A DNA stretch of 24,000 nucleotides from a bacterium (GTDB taxonomy: Bacteria; Patescibacteriota; Patescibacteriia; 2-12-FULL-60-25): assembly GCA_021796435.1 (NCBI GenBank), contig JAJYXM010000016.1, positions 1,281,580 to 1,305,579 on the forward strand, given 5' to 3'. Shown here in pieces: positions 1-8,883 of the stretch (the stretch's first letter is position 1; each line of letters opens with the position of its first letter). The notes beneath the pieces were generated by a model, which was given only the letters and a program-made list of their open reading frames with translations, had not been told where the DNA came from and ran no database searches. Position numbers and translations under genes: made by a program.

Positions 1-125
1 TTTGGCGCATTACGTTGTCGAAATCTCCGTTTCCCGTTCGTCGTACGTTCCCAGTACGCCTCACGGTAATACTCGATTTCTCCTAGTACTGCATCCAAAC
101 GTGAAAGCCCTTTGGTAAGGCACAT
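1..125 (-). CDS. possible 5' end of a minus-strand ORF running off the left edge (41 codons visible: MCLTKGLSRLDAVLGEIEYYREAYWERTTNGKRRFRQRNAP...)
   Basis: Own reverse-strand translation: ATG at 125..123, open to position 1. It is absent from the ORF track because no stop lies in the window. A plus-strand frame (2..115) is also open, so direction and reality are uncertain. No SD or -10 is obvious upstream. Confidence 0.25.
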   Translation of the reverse strand, partial: MCLTKGLSRLDAVLGEIEYYREAYWERTTNGKRRFRQRNAP

Positions 126-134
126 CTTGCCACT

Positions 135-170
135 GCAAAATCCCCCGCTTGGGGGATTTTGCTTTATCGA
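135..170. terminator. intrinsic-terminator-like hairpin, probably bidirectional
   Basis: Perfect 12-bp stem gcaaaatccccc (135-146) / gggggattttgc (151-162) with loop gctt. A GC core followed by ATTTTGC reads the same on both strands. It lies just downstream of the 232-429(-) ORF. Confidence 0.7.
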
Positions 171-231
171 AAAAACGGAAAAGCGTGCGCTCCGAGGGTT
201 GGAGACGCACGCTTCTGTTTTGAGGGGGGTA

Positions 232-429
232 CTACATCGGATTGTCGCTGAAGCCGCTGCTTCGCAGGATGAGCTCGGCTTCATTCAGTTTGCTCTTCAG
301 GGTGCGATGGCTGCGCGTGGGGCGGTCGATGGCCTCGACGATCTCGAGCAGCTTGGCCTTGAGCCTGGCAAGCTGCGGGTCCGTCAAATCGAAATCGGGA
401 ATCTCTGAATGGATGACGCCAGAATGCAT
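232..429 (-). CDS. hypothetical small protein, 65 aa (GC3-rich cassette gene)
   Basis: The track ORF 232..459 is trimmed to the ATG at 429..427, which sits 7 nt downstream of GGAGA (437-441). Sequence: MHSGVIHSEIPDFDLTDPQLARLKAKLLEIVEAIDRPTRSHRTLKSKLNEAELILRSSGFSDNPM. No family recognised. It has its own promoter and terminator. Confidence 0.55.
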   Translation of the reverse strand: MHSGVIHSEIPDFDLTDPQLARLKAKLLEIVEAIDRPTRSHRTLKSKLNEAELILRSSGFSDNPM

Positions 430-495
430 TTCACTGTCTCCTTTCGATGCGCCAGGCAACGACAGCTTCGTGCCGATGCCTCAATTCGACCGATA

Positions 496-524
496 AATAT
501 ATACGTTTTTCTCCTATCTGTCAA
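496..524 (-). promoter_or_regulatory. sigma70-type promoter TTGACA-17-TATATT for the 65-aa ORF
   Basis: On the minus strand, TTGACA is at 524..519, followed by a 17-nt spacer and TATATT at 501..496. A ~60-nt leader leads to the GGAGA SD site. Confidence 0.6.
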
Positions 525-634
525 GGGTCATACAGGTACATGCCGGTTTCCCGACCAGATGACAGCGCCTCGACAAATCAGGCCTTTTGACGTAATTTAG
601 CTGAATCATAGGAATGACTTAGAATAGCGAATAT

Positions 635-2485
635 ATGAAACAAACGACAAAAACAATACTGATTTTCATCGGTTCCCTGCTCCTGGTCGGGGCAGTCCTC
701 TCTTTCGTGAACCTGGACAGCACGAAGAAGGCCGACATCTCCACCCTGGTACGCGACATCGACCAAGGCAACATCACCTCGATCGTCGTGCGCGGTACAG
801 ACATGGAGGCGACACAGAAAGACGGTACGAAGATAACCGTGAGCAAAGAGAGCACGGAATCCTTCTCCGAGCTGATGAAGAACTACGGAGTAGACAGCAG
901 CAAGCTGCTCGACACGGAAGTCACGATCGAGGAACAGAGCGGCTTCGCCTACTGGGCGGGTGCCATAGCGCCGACAGTCATCACCTTCATCCTGGTACTG
1001 GCCTTGATGTGGTTCTTTTTCCGACAGATACAAGGACAGAACAACAAAGCGATGATGTTCGGACAATCCGGCGCACGCGAGACCAAAGGCAACGAGAAAG
1101 ACAAGATCACCTTCAAGGACGTGGCTGGAGTCAAAGAGGCCAAGGAAGAACTATCGGAGGTGGTCGAGTTCCTGAAGAATGCGGACAAGTTCACCGTATT
1201 GGGCGCCAAGATACCGAAAGGCGTGCTGCTCATGGGTACGCCAGGCACCGGAAAGACATTGTTGGCGCGAGCTGTGGCGGGTGAAGCCGACGTGCCGTTC
1301 TTCCATATCTCCGGTTCGGAATTCGTCGAGATGTTCGTCGGCGTAGGCGCCAGCCGCGTGCGCGACTTGTTCGCCAAGGCCAAGAAGAGCGCACCCTGCA
1401 TCATATTCATCGATGAGATAGATGCCGTGGGTCGCCAGCGCGGTTCAGGCTTAGGCGGATCGCATGATGAACGCGAGCAGACATTGAACCAGATACTCGT
1501 GGAGATGGATGGTTTCGAGCCGAACAGCGGCGTGATCGTGATGGCGGCGACCAACAGGCCTGACGTATTGGATCCGGCCTTGCTCCGCCCAGGACGTTTC
1601 GACCGACGCGTCGTCCTTGACCCGCCAGACCTGAACGATCGCGAGCAGATTCTGAAGATCCACGCCAAGGGCAAACCCCTGGCCAAAGACGTCACTTTGC
1701 GCCAATTGGCGGAACGTACGCCGGGATTCTCTGGCGCCGATCTGATGAACCTGATGAATGAAGCGGCGATTCTCGCGGCGCGCAAGAACCTGAAGGAGAT
1801 CCCGATGGCACTGTTGCTCGATTCCATCGAAAAAGTCATGCTCGGCCCGGAACGCAAGAGTCATGTGATGAACGAGGATGAGCGAAAAGTCACGGCATAC
1901 CATGAGGCCGGACATGCTTTGGTCGCGCACCTCTTGCCGCATGCCGATCCGGTGCAGAAAGTCTCGATCATCTCGCGTGGCAGAGCCGCCGGCTATACGC
2001 TCAAAATGCCGTTGGAAGACCGCATGTCCAGGACCTCGGAGGAATACAAGGAAGATATCGCCGTGGCCATGGGCGGTTATGCCGCGGAAAAGATGTTCTT
2101 CGGCGACATCACGACAGGCGCCACGTCCGACATGAGGAATGCGACCAAGATAGCGCGCAACATGGTCACGCAATGGGGCATGAGCGATAAATTAGGACCG
2201 AGGACTTATGGCGAACAGGAAGACATGATCTTCTTGGGACGCGAAATCCATGAGAACCGCGACTACTCGGACGACAAAGCCATAGTCATCGACCAGGAAA
2301 TAGACGCGTTGATCTCGGCCGGTCTCAAACTGGCCCAAAAGATCATCGGCGACAACAAGGAAGCCATGGATCGCATCAGCAATAAGCTGCTCGAGACAGA
2401 GACATTGGAACGTCAGCAGTTCGTGGACGCAGTCGGACTGCCTCCGGCCAATCCTAAGAACGCCATCAAAAAAGAGAAAGAGTAA
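635..2485 (+). CDS. ftsH: ATP-dependent zinc metalloprotease FtsH
   Basis: 616 aa with N-terminal TM segments. Walker A GTPGTGKT, Walker [33 protein letters not shown], zinc site HEAGHA. Confidence 0.97.
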   Translation: MKQTTKTILIFIGSLLLVGAVLSFVNLDSTKKADISTLVRDIDQGNITSIVVRGTDMEATQKDGTKITVSKESTESFSELMKNYGVDSSKLLDTEVTIEEQSGFAYWAGAIAPTVITFILVLALMWFFFRQIQGQNNKAMMFGQSGARETKGNEKDKITFKDVAGVKEAKEELSEVVEFLKNADKFTVLGAKIPKGVLLMGTPGTGKTLLARAVAGEADVPFFHISGSEFVEMFVGVGASRVRDLFAKAKKSAPCIIFIDEIDAVGRQRGSGLGGSHDEREQTLNQILVEMDGFEPNSGVIVMAATNRPDVLDPALLRPGRFDRRVVLDPPDLNDREQILKIHAKGKPLAKDVTLRQLAERTPGFSGADLMNLMNEAAILAARKNLKEIPMALLLDSIEKVMLGPERKSHVMNEDERKVTAYHEAGHALVAHLLPHADPVQKVSIISRGRAAGYTLKMPLEDRMSRTSEEYKEDIAVAMGGYAAEKMFFGDITTGATSDMRNATKIARNMVTQWGMSDKLGPRTYGEQEDMIFLGREIHENRDYSDDKAIVIDQEIDALISAGLKLAQKIIGDNKEAMDRISNKLLETETLERQQFVDAVGLPPANPKNAIKKEKE

Positions 2486-2505
2486 CCTACCCAACGTTAG
2501 ACCGG

Positions 2506-2542
2506 AAAAACAGGCAGTCATCTGAACGATTGCCTGTTTTTG
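2506..2542 (+). terminator. rho-independent terminator after ftsH
   Basis: Stem aaacaggca (2508-2516) / tgcctgttt (2531-2539) with a 14-nt loop, running into a T-run at 2537-2541. Confidence 0.7.
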
Positions 2543-2565
2543 TGCTATCATTTAACCGATATTTT

Positions 2566-3588
2566 ATGATAAGACGCAAAGCTCCCTCAAATCCCAAGCA
2601 CGAAGCAGTTTATCGGGTCATAATACATAAAGCGCTGTTGACCGCTTGGCAACAAAAAAAGCTCTGGCCTCTCTCTTTTTTGGCCTCGCTCCTGCTGACG
2701 GCGGGTGTCTATGACCATCTGCTGAAGGTCCTACAGTTCGGCAATGGAACACAGCCTTTCTCCTGGGGTCGGGGAGGTATGGGCTTGGCTGATTTCACTG
2801 CCACAGCCTTCCAGAACGTGAACAATATCCTGTTCGCGATCAGCGCACTGCAGTGGGTCTTGGCGGTGGCCATAATAGCGGCCGCAGCCCTAATCGCCTC
2901 GTGTGTCGCCCAAGGGGCCCTAGTCTACTCCATCGGGACGGAGCATGTCGGCCCTAAATTCGAATTGAAGCGCTCACTCATGATCGGAGCCAGAGCCTTC
3001 TGGCCCATCGCCGCATTGAACGCGATCATCCTGCTGACCATAGTGGTGTTCCGCTTCTTGGCTAACCTGCCGGTGGCTCTGACGTATGGCTCAAACCTTT
3101 CATACGCGCTCTACATCATAGCCTTCATCCTCTTCACGACGCTGACTTTCATCTTGGCCATCATCCAGATATTCGCCCTCAATGCCATGGTGCTGCAAGG
3201 GGCATCGGTGGCGGATGGCCTGATACGCGGTTATGAGATGTTCAAACGGCATTGGCTCGTCACGATCGAGACGGCGATAATCCTGATAGCTTTGGCGATC
3301 TTCGGTTTCGTGGTATTCAACTACGCCATAATCATCGCGCAATTCCCGCTGATGCTGCTCGTCCTGTTGGCCGGTGCGATGCAATCCAGGCTACTTTTCT
3401 ATGCTGGGATGGCCATCGGCCTCATCATAGTAGCCCTTGCCCACCTCTTCTTCATAGCATTCATCTCACAGCTGCAATACGCTACTTGGACGCATCTTTA
3501 CCTACGTCTGGGCGAAGGCGGCGTGATGCCGAAACTGCATCGTGTCATCCGGTCACTCAGCGGTCGCTTCTCGGTGCCTAAGAACTAA
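2566..3588 (+). CDS. polytopic integral membrane protein, function unknown (340 aa)
   Basis: The track start 2530 is a TTG inside the ftsH terminator hairpin; the first ATG is at 2566. At least six long hydrophobic segments and no catalytic motif recognised. Its stop lies 3 nt before the pilB ATG. Confidence 0.75.
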   Translation: MIRRKAPSNPKHEAVYRVIIHKALLTAWQQKKLWPLSFLASLLLTAGVYDHLLKVLQFGNGTQPFSWGRGGMGLADFTATAFQNVNNILFAISALQWVLAVAIIAAAALIASCVAQGALVYSIGTEHVGPKFELKRSLMIGARAFWPIAALNAIILLTIVVFRFLANLPVALTYGSNLSYALYIIAFILFTTLTFILAIIQIFALNAMVLQGASVADGLIRGYEMFKRHWLVTIETAIILIALAIFGFVVFNYAIIIAQFPLMLLVLLAGAMQSRLLFYAGMAIGLIIVALAHLFFIAFISQLQYATWTHLYLRLGEGGVMPKLHRVIRSLSGRFSVPKN

Positions 3589-3591
3589 CTT

Positions 3592-5457
3592 ATGGCCAAC
3601 AATAAATCCACTCCTCCTCGAGCACAGTCCATTGAGGACTTGTTCAAGAAACCTCAAGCAGGAAGTGCGGTCGTACCTACGGCCCAACAACCCGGTTCGA
3701 TCAGCTCGGGGAAACAGGCCAAGCCGAAAGAGGCCAAGATGGGAGCGGCGGCCGAAAAACTCGAGGAAAAGATAAGCGACGTCAGGCTGAAGGAGTTGGA
3801 GAAGATTTCCCGTGAACAGGCGGAAGAACAGGGTTTGCCGTATATCGATTTCCAACATGGTTATCCGATACCGCCTGAAGCAATCGCCTTACTGACCCAG
3901 AAAGAAGCGCAACAGCTGCAAGCCGTGGTCTTCTTCAGGAGCGCCGATCAGTTGCGCATCGCAACCACGAAACTGACGTCAGAAGTGAACGCGGCTGCCC
4001 AAAGGTTAGCCAAGGAATATTCCGCAGACGTCCAGATCTACATCGTCTCGCAGACCAGCCTCAACATCGCACTGAAGATATATGATGCGCTGCCGGAGAT
4101 CCGTGAGGTGATATACGGCGTGCGCATCGAGGAAGCGACGCTCAAGAAATATGCGGAAGAGATCACTGACCTGAAGAAGCTCCAGGAGACGATCACCAAG
4201 GTATCGACCACCGATATAGTCGCCCTCATCATCGGCGGCGCGCTTAACCTGGACGCTTCGGACATCCATCTTGAAGCGGAAGAGGATGACGTGAAAGTCC
4301 GCTATCGCATCGACGGAGACCTGCACGATGCCGCAGTGCTGCCAAAGGAAGCCTGGAAACAGATGATTTCGCGCTTCAAGCTCTTGGCCGGAGTGAAGAT
4401 GAACGTGAACGACGTACCGCAGGACGGACGCATAACCATCTACCTGACCAACGAAAAGATCGACATCCGCGCTTCTTTTTTGCCCACGGCTTTCGGCGAA
4501 TCGGTCGTCATGCGTCTGCTGCGTCCCAAGTCCATATCGCTCGAGTTCGAACAACTCGGTATCCGCGGACGCGCTTGGGAGATGCTCAAACGCGAAATCG
4601 AACGGCCGAACGGCATGATCGTCACGACGGGACCTACCGGATCAGGTAAGACTACTACTTTGTACGCCATCCTCAAACGGCTCAACACCGAGGACATAAA
4701 GATCATCACCCTGGAGGATCCGGTGGAATATAAGCTGAAAGGCATCAACCAGAGCCAGATCGATTACTCGAAGGACTACACGTTCGCCAAAGGCTTGAGG
4801 TCGATACTGCGCCAAGATCCGGATATCGTGATGGTCGGTGAAATCCGTGATCTGGATACGGCGGAAATCGCCATCCAGGCAGCCTTGACCGGGCACCTGG
4901 TGATATCGACGATCCACACCAACAGTGCAGCCGGCGCTATCCCCCGTTTCCTCTCGATGGGCGTCAAGCCGTTCCTGCTCGCTCCGGCCATCAACTGCAT
5001 CATCGGCCAGCGTCTGGTACGCCGCATCAACCCCGAATGTAAAGTCGAGGTCCAGCTATCGGCCAGCATGTTGGCTCAAGTCAAAGCTGAACTCAAATTG
5101 ATCTCACCGGAGGTGCTCAAGGAATATAAAGTCGATTTGGATAACCTGAAATTCTACGGTCCGAAGGAAGGCGCAGAGCTCCCCTACAAGGGTCGCGTCG
5201 GTATCTATGAGATTTTCGTGATGAACAAGGAGATCGAAGCGCTTATCTTGAGCGCACACGTCTCGGAGTACGACATGATCGCCATCGCGCAGAAGAACGG
5301 CATGTTGACCATGGCACAGGACGGTCTGCTGAAGGCTTTGGATGGCTTGACCAGCGTGGAAGAGGTCTTACGTATGGCGGAACTGACGTCAGTATTGGAA
5401 GAAGAACCGGAAACGGTCACGCCGCCCGTGCCGCCACCGAATCCTAACGTAAAATGA
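3592..5457 (+). CDS. pilB: type IV pilus / type II secretion assembly ATPase (PilB/GspE family)
   Basis: 621 aa. Walker A GPTGSGKTT, Walker B DPDIVMVGEIRD, His box TGHLVISTIHTN, and a T2SSE_N-like N-domain (LLTQKEAQQLQAVVFF). Only one Cys remains at the usual tetracysteine positions. Confidence 0.93.
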   Translation: MANNKSTPPRAQSIEDLFKKPQAGSAVVPTAQQPGSISSGKQAKPKEAKMGAAAEKLEEKISDVRLKELEKISREQAEEQGLPYIDFQHGYPIPPEAIALLTQKEAQQLQAVVFFRSADQLRIATTKLTSEVNAAAQRLAKEYSADVQIYIVSQTSLNIALKIYDALPEIREVIYGVRIEEATLKKYAEEITDLKKLQETITKVSTTDIVALIIGGALNLDASDIHLEAEEDDVKVRYRIDGDLHDAAVLPKEAWKQMISRFKLLAGVKMNVNDVPQDGRITIYLTNEKIDIRASFLPTAFGESVVMRLLRPKSISLEFEQLGIRGRAWEMLKREIERPNGMIVTTGPTGSGKTTTLYAILKRLNTEDIKIITLEDPVEYKLKGINQSQIDYSKDYTFAKGLRSILRQDPDIVMVGEIRDLDTAEIAIQAALTGHLVISTIHTNSAAGAIPRFLSMGVKPFLLAPAINCIIGQRLVRRINPECKVEVQLSASMLAQVKAELKLISPEVLKEYKVDLDNLKFYGPKEGAELPYKGRVGIYEIFVMNKEIEALILSAHVSEYDMIAIAQKNGMLTMAQDGLLKALDGLTSVEEVLRMAELTSVLEEEPETVTPPVPPPNPNVK

Positions 5458-5463
5458 AGCGAT

Positions 5464-5489
5464 AAATCCCCGGCTCGTGCCGGGGATTT
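5464..5489. terminator. bidirectional terminator hairpin between convergent pilB and tsaE
   Basis: 11-bp stem aaatccccggc / gccggggattt with loop tcgt. A/T-rich flanks on both strands. Confidence 0.7.
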
Positions 5490-5519
5490 GATTGGTTTAA
5501 ATCATCATGCAACTATTTT

Positions 5520-5580
5520 GTCATCCCTGCCTGCCGGCAGGCAGGCCGGACTTGACCCGCCTACCGGCAGGGACGGGACA
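5520..5580. repeat. REP-like palindromic element
   Basis: Starts gtcatccc. Contains a perfect 20-bp palindrome cctgcctgccggcaggcagg (5526-5545), then the near-repeat ctaccggcagg, and ends ggcagggacgggac. Confidence 0.6.
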
Positions 5581-5585
5581 GGATT

Positions 5586-6077
5586 TTATGCAATCTCCAT
5601 CTGAACCAGATCCGCCTTCTTCTTTTTCAACCACTTAGGCATCTTTTCCGGCCATTCGATCACGAGAACACTGGAACCATCAGCCAATTCTTCGTCGAGA
5701 TCAAGCACGACGAGCTCGCGCTCATCATCGAAGCGGTAAGCATCGACGTGGATGATGCGCCTGATGCCGTTAAACGTTTTCGGCAGACGATATGAACGCA
5801 TCAAGGAAAAAGTCGGACTAGGCGGGACTTTTTTGATGCCAAGCGTCTTGGTCAAGGCTTGGATAAAGGTGGTTTTTCCGGCTCCGAGTTCGCCGCTGAT
5901 GGCGAGGACCGTGCCTGGACGCAGCAATTCAGAGACGTATTCCGCGACTCCAGACCATGCCATAACTTCTGGTACGACAAAAGCCCTGCTCCCTTCTTTG
6001 GACCTTATTTCAGCCTTACGTCCGTCCCTCTTTACAGAGTTACGCGGAACGCGATACGCGGTACGTTGCATCCTCAT
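5586..6077 (-). CDS. tsaE: tRNA t6A37 biosynthesis ATPase TsaE (YjeE family)
   Basis: P-loop GELGAGKTTFIQAL. Start reassigned to ATG 6077..6075, which overlaps the tsaD TGA (6076..6074) as ATGA. 163 aa with a basic N-terminal extension. Confidence 0.88.
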   Translation of the reverse strand: MRMQRTAYRVPRNSVKRDGRKAEIRSKEGSRAFVVPEVMAWSGVAEYVSELLRPGTVLAISGELGAGKTTFIQALTKTLGIKKVPPSPTFSLMRSYRLPKTFNGIRRIIHVDAYRFDDERELVVLDLDEELADGSSVLVIEWPEKMPKWLKKKKADLVQMEIA

Positions 6078-7156
6078 AGATCCAATTCCGGTTTTGCATC
6101 TATTTTTTTCCAGTCGTCCTTCTTGCCTTGAGCGAGCCGCCAAGCGCCGGCTGCCGCGATCATGGCGGCGTTATCCGTATAAAAACCTTTCGGCGGTTCG
6201 AGCATGATGAGACCCGGATGCTCCGAGGCGGCTTTGCGCAACTCAGCCTGCAGATGCGGATTGGCGGAAACGCCACCGACGACAGCCAGGCATTTGGGCT
6301 TATAAGCCATAATAGCGCGGGACGTCTTGTTCACCAGCACGTCGACAATCGCGGCTTGGATCGAAGCGCAAAGGTCAGGCAGGACTTCCGGGACTTTTGG
6401 TCCGAGGTCGTGGATCAGGTTGCGGACAGCGGTCTTCAGGCCAGAAAAGCTCATGTCGAGCGACGGATCGTGGATCATGGGACGGGGCAGACCGTAAGCT
6501 TCAGGATTCCCCTTTGCCGCATATCTCGAAAGTATCGGACCACCAGGATAGCTCAAACCCATAAGCTTCGCCGTCTTATCGAAAGCTTCGCCTGATGCAT
6601 CGTCGCGTGTGCGTCCGACGACTTTATAGCTGCAGAAATCCTTCATCAGGACCAACTCGCTATGCCCACCCGAAACGAGCAGGACAAGGACGGGAAATCG
6701 CCAATGCTCGCGGTTTTCCGGCACGAGCCAGGCGGAAGCAAGATGACCTTCAAGATGATTCACACCGACGATCGGAACGTCCGTCAGATACGCGAGTGTG
6801 CGGGCCGCCTCGATGCCGACGCGTAAGGCGGTCGCGAGACCTGGACCCTGGGTGACGGCGATGGCGTCGAATCCCTGCTTCTCCGAAGCGAAAATATCGG
6901 CCCTTTCCAAAAGTTTGATCACTTCGGCGATATGCGTACGTGCGGCGACCTCCGGGACGACTCCCCCATAACGACGGTGGATAGGGATTTGCGTAGCCGT
7001 CTCGTGATGCAGGAGCTGTACCGCATACCGCGTACCGCGTGCAGGAGGTTGCGTCGTACCGCGTACTTCAAGGAGCGCGACGGATGTCTCGTCGCAACTG
7101 GTCTCGATACCTAGGACCTTGAAGCCGGCGGATTTATGCTTGGATATCACTGCCAT
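6074..7156 (-). CDS. tsaD: tRNA N6-adenosine threonylcarbamoyltransferase TsaD (Kae1/YgjD family)
   Basis: 360 aa. GIETSCDETS, metal-binding HLEGHL, GGVSAN. Confidence 0.95.
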   Translation of the reverse strand: MAVISKHKSAGFKVLGIETSCDETSVALLEVRGTTQPPARGTRYAVQLLHHETATQIPIHRRYGGVVPEVAARTHIAEVIKLLERADIFASEKQGFDAIAVTQGPGLATALRVGIEAARTLAYLTDVPIVGVNHLEGHLASAWLVPENREHWRFPVLVLLVSGGHSELVLMKDFCSYKVVGRTRDDASGEAFDKTAKLMGLSYPGGPILSRYAAKGNPEAYGLPRPMIHDPSLDMSFSGLKTAVRNLIHDLGPKVPEVLPDLCASIQAAIVDVLVNKTSRAIMAYKPKCLAVVGGVSANPHLQAELRKAASEHPGLIMLEPPKGFYTDNAAMIAAAGAWRLAQGKKDDWKKIDAKPELDL

Positions 7157-7173
7157 AGGATACTGGGTATCCT
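7157..7173. promoter_or_regulatory. perfect inverted repeat AGGATAC-nnn-GTATCCT abutting the tsaD start codon
   Basis: aggatactgggtatcct at 7157-7173, with 7-bp arms, immediately 5' of ATG 7156. A TATATT-like hexamer lies just upstream on the minus strand. Confidence 0.4.
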
Positions 7174-7218
7174 AATATAAATTGCCGTTTTCCGCTACTT
7201 TTTTGCAGAAATTTACGC

Positions 7219-7243
7219 AAAAAGGCGGGATGAATCCCGCCCC
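7219..7243 (-). terminator. rho-independent terminator after gdh
   Basis: The minus strand reads ggcggga-ttca-tcccgcc followed by TTTTT (plus-strand A-run 7219-7223). Confidence 0.8.
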
Positions 7244-7264
7244 TACAATGCCCGGCTGCTCAAT

Positions 7265-8488
7265 TTAACCCTTGAGCGCCTTGTCGATGCGCTCGAGGCC
7301 GACGATGAAAGCCGCTTCTCGTTGCGTCACGGCGTGTGCATCGGCGGCCCGCATGACCGCCGCGGAGGCGTCATCCATGATGGGCTTAAGACGGGTGAAG
7401 ACTTCATCTTCGGTCCAGTGTTCGTCCGTCATGTTCTGTTGCCACTCGAGGAATGACGTGGTGACGCCGCCGGAGTTCGCGAGGACATCGGGGACGACAG
7501 TGATGCCACGCTTGGCCAAAATCATGTCGGCTTCCGGAGTCGTCGGACCATTCGCGACTTCGAGCACCATCCGAGCTTTCACCTCGTGCGCGATATCGGC
7601 ATCGATGGCGTTCTCAAGGGCTGATGGCACCAGCACTCCGCATTCGACTTTAAGCAACTCCTCATTCGTGATGTCGCGCGCGTCTCCGATGCGTGCTACA
7701 TGTCCGGTCTCTTTCTTCAGACGGATCAGTTCCGGGATATCGATACCGTTCTCGTCATGGATGCCGCCCTGCGAATCGGAAACAGCCACGACCTTGTAGC
7801 CATGATGATGGAACAGACGCGCGATCTCTTGCCCGGCATTACCGAAACCTTGGACGGCGATCGTCGAAGTTTCCGGATCAAGCTCAAGTTTCTCGCGATA
7901 GGCCTCGAAGACGTAATAAGCGCCTTGACCGGTCGCGGTCCCACGACCCTCTGAACCTCCGTGATCCAGCGTTTTGCCCGTCACGACGGCCAGGCTGGGC
8001 TTGCCTACATATTTGCCGTATTCATCGGCTAACCAATCCATGATCTGGGGCGTCGTATTGACGTCGGGTGCCGGCACGTCCTTTTCGGGTCCGATGACAT
8101 CGGCGATGGCGCGGGTGAAAGAGCGCGTAAGGTTCTCCAGCTCCGTCTTGGAAAGCTCTTTGGGATTGACGGTGACGCCACCTTTCCCGCCACCGAACGG
8201 GATGTTGGCTACGGCGCACTTGATGGACATCCAGAACGACAAAGCCTTGACTTCATCCAGATCGGTCTGCGGATGGAAACGCAGTCCACCCTTGAACGGG
8301 CCGCGCGCGTCATTCCATTGTACGCGGTATCCGTGGAACAGTTTCGTGGAGCCATCATCCATCTTCACCGGAAAGTCGACTTCGACGGTACGTTGCGGAT
8401 GGCGCAAACGTTCGAGGGTATAAGCATCAAGATGCATGGCGGAGGCGGCCAGGTCGAGCTGGCGCATGGCGTTGGTGAAAGCAGACAT
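7265..8488 (-). CDS. gdh: glutamate dehydrogenase (Glu/Leu/Phe/Val dehydrogenase family)
   Basis: KGGLRFHP, PFGGGKGG and Rossmann GFGNAG motifs. The track start 8497 is a TTG; the first ATG is at 8488 (407 aa). Confidence 0.95.
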   Translation of the reverse strand: MSAFTNAMRQLDLAASAMHLDAYTLERLRHPQRTVEVDFPVKMDDGSTKLFHGYRVQWNDARGPFKGGLRFHPQTDLDEVKALSFWMSIKCAVANIPFGGGKGGVTVNPKELSKTELENLTRSFTRAIADVIGPEKDVPAPDVNTTPQIMDWLADEYGKYVGKPSLAVVTGKTLDHGGSEGRGTATGQGAYYVFEAYREKLELDPETSTIAVQGFGNAGQEIARLFHHHGYKVVAVSDSQGGIHDENGIDIPELIRLKKETGHVARIGDARDITNEELLKVECGVLVPSALENAIDADIAHEVKARMVLEVANGPTTPEADMILAKRGITVVPDVLANSGGVTTSFLEWQQNMTDEHWTEDEVFTRLKPIMDDASAAVMRAADAHAVTQREAAFIVGLERIDKALKG

Positions 8489-8645
8489 AGTTTTCAATTA
8501 CGAATCACAAATTTAGAAAGACGAATTAGCGATCAGGAGATACCGAGCATGGATAATCATGGGGCGCGGACGAGAAGGCAAAGACGCCTGCGTTTAGAGC
8601 ACATAGGTATCCATTACAACACCGCAAATCACGCTTAGCAAGGGA

Positions 8646-8882
8646 CTAGATTCCTGTAGTTTTTTCCAGCAAATCTAGCTCTTTCTGCATCAATCTGGCG
8701 AACTCCTCTTCATCTCCGGTACGATCGGCGGAGCGTTTGGCCAGAAAAATCTGATGCAATCTAGGCAGCAGCTTGATTATCTTCTCGAAGACACCTGCGG
8801 GCGGTTCCGGCAGACGTCCTAGGATCTGGATGAATTCAGGATCGGCTCCGGGTACTGCTTGGGTGATGATGTCTGCTCGCAT
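8646..8882 (-). CDS. hypothetical protein, 78 aa, translationally coupled to the upstream 507-aa gene
   Basis: ATG 8882 lies 1 nt after the upstream TGA (TGAtATG). Core-like codon usage (ATA, AAA present). No motif recognised. Confidence 0.6.
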   Translation of the reverse strand: MRADIITQAVPGADPEFIQILGRLPEPPAGVFEKIIKLLPRLHQIFLAKRSADRTGDEEEFARLMQKELDLLEKTTGI

Positions 8883-8883
8883 A

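Noticed and set aside
112-496. Plus-strand ORFs 112-408 and 242-496.
   Set aside because: They run through the terminator hairpin and lie antisense to the SD-supported 65-aa ORF. Neither has start signals.
949-1857. 302-aa antisense ORF inside ftsH. Similar long shadow ORFs occur at 1451-2173(-), 4006-4554(-), 10770-11327(-), 14573-15442(+), 16841-17752(+), 19290-20174(+) and 21542-21949(-).
   Set aside because: Each lies entirely opposite a confidently identified, motif-bearing gene. Their translations are Arg/Ser/Ala-rich and low in complexity, as expected of stop-poor antisense frames in GC-biased coding DNA.
2530-2565. N-terminal extensions in the ORF track that begin at TTG or GTG (2530, 8497, 10485, 16762, 20390, 22401, 21085, 10452).
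   Set aside because: Each extension runs through a terminator hairpin or a predicted promoter, or lacks any support. A downstream ATG fits the signals and the family N-termini better.
5586-6143. 185-aa version of tsaE overlapping tsaD by 70 nt.
   Set aside because: The ATGA overlap at 6074-6077 gives a standard coupled start. The extra 22 residues have no counterpart in TsaE.
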